Positions 17,095-27,292 of a DNA stretch of 64,000 bases are shown here, in pieces. The stretch spans positions 1,167 through 65,166 of the forward strand of contig CAVPSG010000002.1 of the NCBI GenBank assembly GCA_963708395.1, in the 5' to 3' direction. The DNA is from an uncultured Acidobacteriota bacterium. GTDB taxonomy: Bacteria > Acidobacteriota > Thermoanaerobaculia > UBA5066 > Gp7-AA6. A program made the position numbers and the translations under genes. Below the pieces are notes generated by a model. It was not told the DNA's origin. It saw only the letters and a program-made list of their open reading frames with translations, and ran no database searches. Every line of letters begins with the position of its first letter. Position 1 is the first letter of the stretch.

Positions 17095-20015
17095 CCGCAC
17101 GCTCACCCGACGACCTCCCGATGAGCCGACCGATCTTGCCCGATCGCTGGCCGGAGATCGCGCCGCTGCTCGACGCGGCGCTCGACCTCGAGCCGTCCGA
17201 GCGGCGGGCGTTCCTGGATCGCGCGTGCGCTGGCGACGCCAAGTTGCGTGATGCGCTCGAGGCGTTGCTCGCCGAATGCGCTCGCCCCGATCGATTGTTC
17301 GCAGCCGGCGCCGTCGAACGCTTTGGGGCGCTGCTCGCCGGGCCGCCGGGTCAGTTGCCCGAGATGCTGGCCGGACGCTATCGCGTCCAGCGTGAAATCG
17401 GTGCCGGGGGAATGGCGACCGTCTACCTGGCTCGCGACGTCAAGCACGATCGCGATGTCGCACTCAAGGTGCTCCGCGCCGACCTCGCCGCCGCCATCGG
17501 CACCGACCGATTTCTCGCGGAGGTCCAGATCGCTGCGAGGCTCGACCACCCGCACATTCTGACTCTCATCGACTCGGGAAGCGCGGACGGCGCGCTGTTC
17601 TATGTCATGCCGTACGTGCGCGGCGAGAGTCTCCGCGCAAGGCTGGCGCGAGAGCGCCAGCTCCCGCTTGACGACGCGCTCTCGATTGCACGACAGATCG
17701 CCAGCGCCCTCGACTACGCGCACTCACAAGGTGTTGTGCATCGAGACATCAAGCCCGAGAACATTCTGCTGCACGAGGGTGAGGCGGTGCTCGCCGATTT
17801 CGGGATCGCGCTCGCGATGGCGGAGGCCGGCGTTACGCGGCTCACCCAGACGGGCCTCTCGCTTGGCACACCGCAGTACATGAGTCCGGAGCAGGCGACC
17901 GGCGAGCGTACCATTGATGCGCGGAGCGACATCTATTCGCTGGGCGCGGTGCTGTACGAAATGCTTGCCGGCGTTCCGCCCGTCACCGGTGCGACGAAAC
18001 AGGCAATCATCGCGAAGCTACTCGCCGAGCGGCCGACGAGCCTCCGCGTCATCCGCGACACCGTGCCTGAAGGTGTGGACTCCGGTGTGCTCAAGGCGCT
18101 ATCGAAAGTGCGGGCGGACCGGTTCGAGACCGCGGGGGCGTTCATCCGTGCGCTCGACACACCGGCGGCGACGAACGCCTCGACTCCACCGCCACCGCGG
18201 GTCAATAAGAGAATTCTTGTTGCGCTTGGTGTTGCCGGTGCCGTCGCGGTCGTCGCGGTCGTCGCCATTGGGGCGCGGTTCGCGCACGGAAAAATCGCGC
18301 GACGGGGGCGCGCAGTCACCGCGCTGACCGATCACCGCGTGATCACGTTGACGGGTGACGCGGCGATTCCCGCGATCTCGGGCGATGGGAAGATTCTCGC
18401 GTATAGAACGGCGACCTGTGGCCCGAGCGGCTGCCGATACGGCATCGACCTGAAAGTTGTGGCGGGCGGTCGACCGCGTCGGTTGCTCGACGGCGCCAAC
18501 GCCATCTATACCATTGATTGGAGTCCCGATCGTCGCAATCTGCTTGTTCATGGGAATATGGGGGCCGCCCTCGGTACTTACATTGTCTCGGCGTCGTTCG
18601 GAGGCACACCGCCGAGGCGTGTGAAGCAGCAAGTCGATCGCATCGACCGCCAGGTACAAGCAACGTTCTTCGCCGATGGCGATTCTCTGCTCTTGGTGAG
18701 GCAGGGCAGGCTCGACGACGACCCCCGTTTGCTATTGGTCGCTGATCTGAACGGTGTCGTTCATGACAGCATCCAGGTCGGCGGCCGCGGAGACCAACTT
18801 GCGTTCGCACTGCAGGTCCCGGGTTCGAAGTGGCTGGTGATCGGGTTGCATCGCAAGGTTTCAACGTCGGCCGCGCCGTTGGAGGCAGTCGTCATCCAAC
18901 GAGATGGTCAGGTCGTGAGTCGATCCGTCATCGGCAATCAGGGCAGCAGAGACACCGAGGCCCACGCGTCCTCCGACGCCTTGTGGATCTCCCCCGGAGG
19001 AGAGGGTTGGCCGAAGCGCGCCGTGCTCCGGATTCCGATCGACTCGGTCTCGGGCCGGTTCGCAAAGACCATCGACACGATCAACACCGCCGTCCACACG
19101 AGATTCGGCGTGACGACAGATGGATCCTCGCTGGTGCTCGATGAGGGGAGCACCGACTACTCGCTGTTTGCGCTCGACATGGCCCACGCCCTTCGCGGCG
19201 AATTTCCGCAGAAGCCGTTGCTGAAGTCCAGTTCTGCGCTCAATGTCCGCATGTCGCCCGACGGCAAGCAGATACTCGTCGGCCGTGACGGCGGACGACC
19301 CATGGATCCACACCCGGATTGGTCCACGATTCCGTTCGACGGCCTGCCCGATACCTTGACGCCGCTCGCGCTCGGAGAGCGCACAACGGAAGCGTTTTGG
19401 TCCGACGACGCAACCGTCGCTATCCGCGCGCTCAGGGATTCTGGCGCGCATCTCGCGCTGGTGGATGTCGGCTCTGGAGGTGTGCGCGAGCTACTGAACT
19501 CGGACCAATATCCGCGCAACTTTGCGCGTCTACCAAAAGGCGGATGGATTTGGGTGAGAGGCTACAGGCCCGAACTGAGCCTTCAGCGCCTCGGAGAGCT
19601 GGCGCCACGACGAATCCCCGTCCCGACGTGGTACGCCTCGGTGTACTCCGCAGCCGTGTCGCAGGACGGACGATTCGTCGCATTCGCCGGCTACAACGCA
19701 CCCGGACAGGACTCCGTTGGCGTGAGCGTGATGTCGCTGTCCGACCTGTCGGTACAGCACTGGTTCACGATCGCTGGCGACGGCGGCGAGGTTGGCTGGC
19801 TGAGCGACGGAACGTTGTTGCTACGCCTCGCCGACACGCCGGAGAGGTATTCGCTGTATCACCTGACGCGAGCTGACCGAGCGGAGAAGCTGGGCACCAT
19901 TCCGGGAACGGTGTCGTCCATTTCCGTTTCCGCGGACCTCGAGCACGCCGCGATTGTCGTCAATGACTATCGCGGCGACGCCTCGATGAGCCGCGTCGTA
20001 CGACCGAAGAACTAG
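17091..20015 (+). CDS. Membrane Ser/Thr protein kinase with C-terminal TolB-like beta-propeller
   Basis: IGAGGMATVY, VALKVL, HRDIKPENILL, DFGIA, GTPQYMSPEQ and DIYSLG, then a TM helix and WSPD/SPDG repeats. The start overlaps the ECF stop (ATGA). Confidence 0.95.
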   Translation: MTARSPDDLPMSRPILPDRWPEIAPLLDAALDLEPSERRAFLDRACAGDAKLRDALEALLAECARPDRLFAAGAVERFGALLAGPPGQLPEMLAGRYRVQREIGAGGMATVYLARDVKHDRDVALKVLRADLAAAIGTDRFLAEVQIAARLDHPHILTLIDSGSADGALFYVMPYVRGESLRARLARERQLPLDDALSIARQIASALDYAHSQGVVHRDIKPENILLHEGEAVLADFGIALAMAEAGVTRLTQTGLSLGTPQYMSPEQATGERTIDARSDIYSLGAVLYEMLAGVPPVTGATKQAIIAKLLAERPTSLRVIRDTVPEGVDSGVLKALSKVRADRFETAGAFIRALDTPAATNASTPPPPRVNKRILVALGVAGAVAVVAVVAIGARFAHGKIARRGRAVTALTDHRVITLTGDAAIPAISGDGKILAYRTATCGPSGCRYGIDLKVVAGGRPRRLLDGANAIYTIDWSPDRRNLLVHGNMGAALGTYIVSASFGGTPPRRVKQQVDRIDRQVQATFFADGDSLLLVRQGRLDDDPRLLLVADLNGVVHDSIQVGGRGDQLAFALQVPGSKWLVIGLHRKVSTSAAPLEAVVIQRDGQVVSRSVIGNQGSRDTEAHASSDALWISPGGEGWPKRAVLRIPIDSVSGRFAKTIDTINTAVHTRFGVTTDGSSLVLDEGSTDYSLFALDMAHALRGEFPQKPLLKSSSALNVRMSPDGKQILVGRDGGRPMDPHPDWSTIPFDGLPDTLTPLALGERTTEAFWSDDATVAIRALRDSGAHLALVDVGSGGVRELLNSDQYPRNFARLPKGGWIWVRGYRPELSLQRLGELAPRRIPVPTWYASVYSAAVSQDGRFVAFAGYNAPGQDSVGVSVMSLSDLSVQHWFTIAGDGGEVGWLSDGTLLLRLADTPERYSLYHLTRADRAEKLGTIPGTVSSISVSADLEHAAIVVNDYRGDASMSRVVRPKN

Positions 20016-20037
20016 TACGATGCGATAAGCCTTGTGC

Positions 20038-21084
20038 TCAGATGTCCTCGCGCGTGACGCCAGACGCTTCCAGCACGAAGTCCGCGCCGTACGCTTGTGC
20101 CGGCGTCTGGAATCCCGCGGGCGCGTCTCCGGCCAACACGCGTCGCACCCCCGCGAGGGCGGCGCGCGCCGTCCAGTCGACCGCCGCTTCTGGACCGTGC
20201 AGCCGTGACACCACGCTTCTCCCCTGGTCGTCTTCGACCTTGCCCCAGACGTGCGCCGACGTCCGTGCACGTTCGTCCGGAGTCGAACCGCGCGTCACGG
20301 TCCGCTGGAGCAGCTTCCTCACCGCCTTCGGCTTGAAGAGCGCCGGCGCGTACGCGACCGCGAGCAGCTGGACGCGCGCCGCCGCGTTCATCGCGGTATA
20401 CACCTCGATGTTGGGGATGCCGGTGCTTCGGTAGGCGGTGAACACATCGCCCCAGGTCAAGAGCGACGCCCGCTTCGGACCGCGACCAAAATCGACCATG
20501 AGCGTTTTCATACGCTCGTGCTCCAGCCGTCCATCGCGTCGAACGAGGAGGCCGTGCTGTGCGAGCTCGATCATCGTGCGCTGCGTGCCCGGCGGGAGCG
20601 AGGCGGGACCGGTCGACCTGAATGCGAGCGTGAGACGCGTGGCGGATGGAAGGCGCTGCTTGAGGTGCACGGCGAGACAGTCCGTCGGAACGACGTCGAA
20701 CCCAATTCCAGGGAGCAGCATGATCCCGCGCGTCACTGCGTCCGCGTGCCGCGCGGCGAGATCCTGGTACACCGGGATCTCGCCCGTCAGGTCGAGGTAG
20801 TGCGTTCCGGTCCGGAAGCAGCCCTCGACCATCGCTCGCGACGTGTACATGAATGGGCCGGCACAGTTGAGCACGACGCGCACGTCACGAAGCGCGTCGC
20901 CCACGCCCAAGGCATCGTCGACGCTGAACACGCGGTGCGCAGTGCCGAGCGCTGTTGCCAACCGCTCGATCGCCGCAGCGTGGCGTCCGGCGAGAATCGG
21001 TCGAAGGCCCTGTTCGACGGCGAGACGCGCGATGACCTCGCCGACGAATCCGTTGGCGCCGTATACCAGAACGCCTGCCCGCAT
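20038..21084 (-). CDS. Saccharopine dehydrogenase-like NAD(P)-binding oxidoreductase
   Basis: VLVYGANGFVG, VLNCAGPF, HYLDLTGE and GFDVVPTDCLA. Confidence 0.9.
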   Translation of the reverse strand: MRAGVLVYGANGFVGEVIARLAVEQGLRPILAGRHAAAIERLATALGTAHRVFSVDDALGVGDALRDVRVVLNCAGPFMYTSRAMVEGCFRTGTHYLDLTGEIPVYQDLAARHADAVTRGIMLLPGIGFDVVPTDCLAVHLKQRLPSATRLTLAFRSTGPASLPPGTQRTMIELAQHGLLVRRDGRLEHERMKTLMVDFGRGPKRASLLTWGDVFTAYRSTGIPNIEVYTAMNAAARVQLLAVAYAPALFKPKAVRKLLQRTVTRGSTPDERARTSAHVWGKVEDDQGRSVVSRLHGPEAAVDWTARAALAGVRRVLAGDAPAGFQTPAQAYGADFVLEASGVTREDI

Positions 21085-21118
21085 CAGCGGTCAACGTTCA
21101 TGAACGCCGCGATGCGCC

Positions 21119-21301
21119 CTAGCCTCGCAGGTTCTGAACGACCGCCTTTAACACCTCGTGCTGCATATTCGCGAGGTTCGACGAACCGCCGCGGATGCCG
21201 TCCACGTCTTCGTCCGTCACGACTTGCGGTTGGGGCTGGAGATCGCCGATCACTGCCTCGGGCTCCGGATTCACGGCCTCGTCGCGGTTCTGCTCGGTCA
21301 T
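21119..21301 (-). CDS. 60-aa peptide with an acidic double-glycine-type leader
   Basis: MTEQNRDEAV…VTDEDVDGIRGG|SSNLANMQHEVLKAVVQNLRG, with GAGG upstream of the ATG. Confidence 0.65.
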   Translation of the reverse strand: MTEQNRDEAVNPEPEAVIGDLQPQPQVVTDEDVDGIRGGSSNLANMQHEVLKAVVQNLRG

Positions 21302-21396
21302 TCGTCGCCTCGCCGGTGAGAGTCAGGCGACAATAATTCGGCGGACGAGAAAATCCGGCAAGGATGTAGGTCACGTATCGGGTCGGCGCAACGCCC

Positions 21397-22575
21397 TCAA
21401 TCTTTCGAAATGACGGCGACCTTCGCCGAGCGCGCATCACCGCCCCAACAATAGACGCCGCCGTCCGATGACGTCCCGCAACTCATCGATCCGCCGGCGG
21501 CGACATCGACGAGCGCGGACGGAAGCGCGACGCGAACAGGAACGGACGAACAGGGAAGCCCATCGCAGGACTCGCGTGTCGGTCCGCCGAGCGCGCCACT
21601 GGCATCCGATCCCCAGCAGTAGGCCGTGCCGCTCGACGCAAGCGCGCAGGTGTGCGAGCCGCCGGCGCTCACTTGGACGAACCGTTCGCCGTCCGGTGCG
21701 GCGACGATCGCGCGAGTCACACTGCCGCTCGACGCACCAAGTCGCCCGCGGTCGCTCGTGCCCCAGCACTCGACGTTGCCCTGCACGGTCACGCCACACG
21801 TGTACATGCCCGACGCACTCACCTGGCGAAATGCGTTCGACGACACTGCCATCGGTCGAGCGGACGTGCCGGGGTCGGTGCGCCCCGTCAGCTGCGCAAA
21901 GCGATTGTCGCCCCAGCACCACAGCGTTGTGTTCGCAATGCCGCACGTGTGGGTTCCGCGCGCAATGATCGACGAGAAGCGGACCGAATCGCTCACAGCA
22001 ACCGGCGTGCGGCTGCATGCGACGCCGTCGCACACGGACATGAGGCCAGAGGCGCCAAGCTGCCCAGAGTCATCACGTCCCCAGCAGTACGCGCGCCCGT
22101 CGCGGAGTCCGCACGTGTGCTCGAAGCCTGTGCTGAGCGAATCGAAGCGAAACCCGATCGCCACGGGAACCGGTTCTGTCGCGCACGGGACACCGATGGC
22201 GCATCGATCGCGCACGGTGGCGTCGCCCATTACACCCGAGAGGTCCGATCCCCAACAATAGGGGTACCCGCCGTCGGTCAACGCGCAACTGTGTGTGGAT
22301 CCCGCGACGACCTGGCGAAAATGCTGAAGGCTGGTGACACGGACTGGCGTCAACGGCGACGACAGGGTCGACCCGTTTCCCAACTGTCCCCACGACCCGT
22401 CGCCCCAACAATAGATGTCGCCGGTCGAGTCGAGCGCGCAGAAGTGGGCGCTCCCGGCGGCGACGCTCACGAACCTCGGGCGGGCATCCGGAGTTGGTGG
22501 TAGTTGTGCGCGACTCGTGACCGTGACTGTTACGGTGGCGAACGCGGCAGTGAGAAAGCGCGAGATGGTCGACAA
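21397..22575 (-). CDS. Exported RCC1-repeat protein
   Basis: Signal peptide and repeated H[FT]C[AG]L…G..YCWG…GQLG units. Confidence 0.92.
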   Translation of the reverse strand: MSTISRFLTAAFATVTVTVTSRAQLPPTPDARPRFVSVAAGSAHFCALDSTGDIYCWGDGSWGQLGNGSTLSSPLTPVRVTSLQHFRQVVAGSTHSCALTDGGYPYCWGSDLSGVMGDATVRDRCAIGVPCATEPVPVAIGFRFDSLSTGFEHTCGLRDGRAYCWGRDDSGQLGASGLMSVCDGVACSRTPVAVSDSVRFSSIIARGTHTCGIANTTLWCWGDNRFAQLTGRTDPGTSARPMAVSSNAFRQVSASGMYTCGVTVQGNVECWGTSDRGRLGASSGSVTRAIVAAPDGERFVQVSAGGSHTCALASSGTAYCWGSDASGALGGPTRESCDGLPCSSVPVRVALPSALVDVAAGGSMSCGTSSDGGVYCWGGDARSAKVAVISKD

Positions 22576-22756
22576 TATCGGAGGCTCAGGTTGAGTGCGG
22601 TCGCCGGCGGGTGACGTCGCTTACTATTTTTTGCCCGCCGGTCGTGTGCATCCTGCGGCGAGGGCGTCCCTCAGCCCTTCCGCGCCGCTTCCCTGGCTCT
22701 TCGCCGACACTTTTTTCAGAAATTCCGGTGAGTTTTCTGGCAGAACATCGTCGCGG

Positions 22757-25278
22757 ATGATCGAACTCCGCGTGCTCGGGGCCATCGAGCTGCGGAACGA
22801 GAGCGGCCGTGAGCTTGCGGCAGTGCTCGCTCAGCCGAAGCGGCTGGCCCTCCTCATCTATCTTGCGGCCACTCCCGGCTTCTGCCGGCGCGACAAGTTG
22901 GTGGGCCTCCTGTGGCCGGAGCTCGAGCAGTCGAGAGCCCGCCAAGCGCTCAACAAGGCCGTTCACCACCTTCGCCAATCGCTCGGCGACGCCGCGATCG
23001 TGAGCCGGGGCGATCAGGAGCTCGCGCTGGAGCCGACCGTCCTCGGTTGCGACATTCGCCAGTTCGAGACCGCGCTCGCATCACGCGATCTCGCGACCGC
23101 GGTCAACCTCTACCGCGGCGCGCTCGCGGACGGCCTTTTCGTCTCGGAGACGGACGAGTTCGAGCGGTGGTTGTCCACCGAGCGCGAACGCTTGCGAACC
23201 GAGGCGGCGAGCGCGGCTGGAGCGCTCGCTGACCGCGAGGCGAGTGTGGAATGGGCACGGCGGGCGGTCGAGCTGTCGCCGTTCGACGAGCCGGCGGTTC
23301 GCCGGCTGATGTCGTTGCTCGCTCGTGCGGGCGAGGTCGCCGGTGCGGCCGTCGCCTACGACGGCTTGGTTCGCCGGTTGTCGAAGGAGCTCGACGTCGC
23401 ACCGTCCGCGGAAACGCGAGCGCTGCGCGAATCGATCGGCGACCTCGGTGGACAGACACCGCCGGCGGCGACGCCGGCCGCGCCGGGGGAGTCGAGCTCA
23501 TCGCCGGCGATCGGGTCGCCGGTGTCGAGAGCCGCACCGTCGAGACGCCGCGACAGTCGGCTGATCGCGCTCGTCGGCGCGGCCGCGTGTGTCGTGTTCG
23601 CCCTCGGTGGAATCGCGTTCGCGCGTCGCGCGGGCGCGACATCGACGAACGCGCCGCTGGGCGCGACGAGGCTACTCGTGTCGGTGCTCGAGAACCGAAC
23701 CGGCGATTCGACGCTCAATCGAATCGGCGTGATGGCGGCGGATTGGATGATTCAGGGGCTGAGCGTGTCGGATTCGATTCACATCGTGGACTCGCGCGCG
23801 GCGCTGCTTTTGGCGAGAACCGGCGGGCGCACGACCGCGCAGCTCGCGGACGCAGCCCACGCGCGATTCGTGATCGCCGGCGCTTACTACAAGGAAGGCG
23901 ACAGCCTGCGCTTCATGGCACGCCTGTCCGATGCAACGAGTGACGGGCAGGAATGGACGTTCAAGCCCGTCGCCGTGCCGATCGATCGACCGGAAGCGGC
24001 GCGGCTGTCGCTTCAGGATCAAGCGCGGACGTTGGTGGCCCAGGCGGCATTTCCGCAGATCGGCGACATGCTGCGGACGCGCGCCACGCCCCTCCGATAT
24101 GACGCGTATCGGGAATACGTGCGCGGCGTCGACTACTTCGTGCGGCGGGAAGAAGGAAGCGCCAATGAGCATTTTCTCATGGCAGCCCGGCTGGATACGA
24201 CGTTTGCCGAGGCACTGCTGAACGCCGTTACCACGCTGTCGCTGCGCGGCACGCCGACGGCGGATTCGATCATGCAGGTCCTCGCCCGCCGCCGCGAACA
24301 GCTGTCACCGATGTCGCGGCTGTGGTTCGACGCGACCGACGCGGCGCATCGCGGCGAGCCCGCCGCCATGCGCCGCTACGGAGAGCTTGCACATCGGTAT
24401 CCCGACTCGTTTTTCGCGATCTGTTACAGCATGCAGCTCCTGGCCTTTCGCCGCGTCGGCGACGCGGACTCGGTGCTTCGTTCGCTCGATCCGAATCGCG
24501 GTTGGCTGCGAGGCTGGTTCAGCTACTGGCCGACGCGCGTGATGCTGGACGACATGCTCGACGACGTGGACGCGGCGCGAGCGGACGTGGTCGCCGGCGC
24601 GCGCGCTTACCCGCACAACATGGGAATCGCGGTGGCCGATGCCCGCTATCTGGCGCGCGCGGGCACGCCGCGCCAGCTCGACTCGTTGTTCGACGAGGCG
24701 GTGGCGCTTCCGACGTTGGGGGACTGGCACGCCGGGGAGGTGCTGGCCGCGGCGGCGCTGGAGGCCGCGGCCCACGGACACGGCGATTGGGTCCCGCATA
24801 TCCGCGACCGTACGCTGCAGTGGTATGCATCGCTGCCCGCGGCGGAGCGCGGGGCCAACCCAATTCTGGATTTGGGCTGAGCTGGGTGCTCGCGTCAGTT
24901 CGCGCTTGGCCGGAGCTGCGATCGCGCATCGCGACGCTGCTCGCCTCGACGAGCGCCGACTCGGCGCGATGGGTTCGGTACGAGGCGCTCGCCGCGGCGC
25001 ACGTTGGCGACACGGCGACGCTCACACGGCTCGATCGTCGGTTGAAGGTCGCGATCGATGGTGGGTCCGACGCGGCGATCGGAGAGCTGCTCGGGGAACG
25101 TGCGCGTATCGCCGCGCTGCGCGGCAGCAGCGGCGAGGCACTCGATCTCCTGCGTCAGGCATTCTCGCACAACAAGGCATTCGACGTATTCATGCACACC
25201 GATCCGTCGTTCGAGACGATCTGGTCCGATCCAGGCTTCGCGCGGCTCTTGGTTGCTGTAGACGGTGGGTCGCGATGA
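22757..25278 (+). CDS. BTAD/SARP-type regulator with TM segment, TolB-N-like and TPR regions; frameshift at ~24870
   Basis: MIELRVLGAIEL, QPKRLALLIYLA, RRDKLVGLLWPE and LSPFDEPAVRRLMSLL. The C-terminus MHTDPSFETIWSDPGF is in a second frame. Confidence 0.87.
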
Positions 25279-25926
25279 TGAAGAACAGAACGTTCGCCGC
25301 CGCGAGGGCGATTCCGTTGGCCCTCCTCGCCGTTGCCTGTGCAACGACGCACCCCGAGAATCCTGCGCTCGATGCGTTTCCTGCGGGCGTCGCCGGGTCG
25401 ACCGACGTGACCTACTACGACGTGCACGGCACGACGGCGCGGGAGCTCGTCGCCGACATGCGGCGGTTGGGGCCAAAAACGGAAACCGGCGCGAGCTTCT
25501 TCGGTGAAACCCAGTCGCCATTGCGATGGGAATGGAAGACGCGGCACGACGGACCGAACTGCACGGTCAGCGACGTGAGTGTCTACGTTCGCTCCGAGAT
25601 CACGCTTGCCGAGGTGGACACCGCCGCCCGATGCGTCGCCCGCGCTCGTCGCGCAATGGAAACAGTTTCTCGCCGCGCTCGAGACGCACGAGATCGGACA
25701 CAAGGACATCTCGGGTCGTGCCGCACGTGACGTGCTCACGGCGATCCGCCGGCTCAACACGATGTGCACGTCCTTCAGCGCCGAGGCCAAGCGCGTCACC
25801 GACGGCATCGTGACGCGGCAGCGGGTCGAGCAGGAGGCCTACGATGCGCAGACACGGCATGGCGCGACGCAGGGGGCGACGTTTCCGCCGCGGCCGATCG
25901 CCGGTAGTGCGCCACCGCTGAACTGA
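25275..25926 (+). CDS. DUF922 family putative zinc-protease lipoprotein; frameshift at ~25610
   Basis: LLAVAC lipobox, DVTYYDVHGTT, ITL/PRW, and an HExxH motif (LETHEIGH). Confidence 0.85.
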
Positions 25927-26529
25927 TCAGCATGCGTCCTCACGTGTCGACGATCACGTCTCGAGGCATGCAGTGGCTCCTGCTGGTACGCGACGATGCA
26001 CGGTGCGATTCGAGCGGGTTGGTCGGCCGCGTCGTGTTGCCAGTTGGTGGCATTCGAGATCAAGTTGGTGGACGATGAGCTCCGCATTGAGGAGCGTGAG
26101 CTGCGTCACCGCGCTCGGTGGCCTATGCAGGACCGGCTCGGATACGAGTGAGCAGCCGGCAAGGTCGCTTTTGGCATCCGACCGCTCTCGTCGACTATAC
26201 CGCACGGTTGTCGTGGCGGTTCGACCGCTCGTCTCCGGAGACGGTATCGTGGTGACCTCGACGTTGCTCCAGGCTGCCTGATTCAGCGAAGCGCGGTCAT
26301 CTCCGCGACGGTCAGCGGCGGCTCGACGAGCGGTCAAGTCATCTCGACGTCTCGCCAAGTCGGCTCGACACGTTGCCAAGTGATCTGGCACTACTCCCCA
26401 ACTCCGGCGAACATCCCGACGGCTGGTTCGCGGTTTATTGCCGATCGGTTGCGCGCGTGTGCGGCTCTTTGGTGATCGCGCGCAAGTGCTGCGAGCGTTC
26501 AAGGCCTCGGTCCCTGCTGCCTTGGCTAG

Positions 26530-26904
26530 TCAGCAGCGGCTATGAGAGCCCCGCTGCGTGAGCGACGCGACGCACAACAAGAAGCGTGGCGACGGCGTCG
26601 CCGACAAAGTGGTTGATCTCTGCCGACCGTTCGCGGACTGCTTGTTGGAATCTCCTCTTGTTCGACAGTTGCCGAGCCGCAGCCAGACCACCTTCGGCGG
26701 TCCACCGCGGAGGAAAATTCGTTGTCGGAAATGGTCATCCTTGGTAACGATGACGTAGCCGCCGGTGGCAGCCTCCAACGAAGTCGCCTCATCATCGGCC
26801 GCCTGGAGGCCGAGATCGCGGACGTGCGCGAGTTTGTAGAGGGTCGGCCAACTGCTTCACAAGGACCGGAGACAGGTTCTCATCGAACAGCGCCGGATGG
26901 CCAC
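26530..26904 (-). pseudogene. DUF5615 PIN-like toxin (VapC45-like), several frameshifts
   Basis: Fragments LFDENLSPVLV, AHVRDLGLQAADD and GYVIVTKDDHF…GGPPKVVWLRLGNCRT. Confidence 0.8.
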
Positions 26905-26921
26905 GATGCGCGATCGGGTCG

Positions 26922-27145
26922 CTACACCGCTGGATCGGCGAGCAAACGGCGCTCTCGATCGGCTGCAAAGGCGTAGACAGCGAGAAAGTCATCGCGCTCG
27001 AGATCCGGAAAGTCAGCGAGGATTTCGCCTCGGCTGATGCCCGACGCGAGATAAGAAAGCACGTCGTCGATGTAATCGGAGGTCGCGGATGCACGGCTTC
27101 ACTGCCTTGCCGGGGCTCGATGGTGATCCGCTCGCGATAGTCCAT
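26922..27145 (-). pseudogene. DUF433 antitoxin (VapB45-like), frameshifted
   Basis: Fragments MDYRERITIEP, KPCIRDLR and DDVLSYLASG…EILADFPDLERDDFLAVYAFAADRERRL. Confidence 0.85.
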
Positions 27146-27292
27146 AGGAGGAGATTAGGCCGGCGGTCATCGGTCGGCAAGGAACGGCCCGGGTTAACCC
27201 GGCGCCAGCGGTTCCCGGGCGGAGAGCGGGTGTGATGCGTCTGGAGTCTGTGCTGAAGTGGCTCCGCCTTTCCGTGCAACGACCGCAGGTCG

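Noticed and set aside
21397-22575. Regular repeated DNA motifs (tgctgggg, cagcttgg)
   Set aside because: They are explained by the RCC1 protein repeats.
22700-22722. AAGTGTCGGC on the minus strand upstream of RCC1 as a third ECF promoter copy
   Set aside because: Only the TGTCGG half matches; the ATCGTGTG element is absent.
25930-26520. Possible nuclease or other gene remnant on the minus strand
   Set aside because: I found no convincing motif in any frame I translated.
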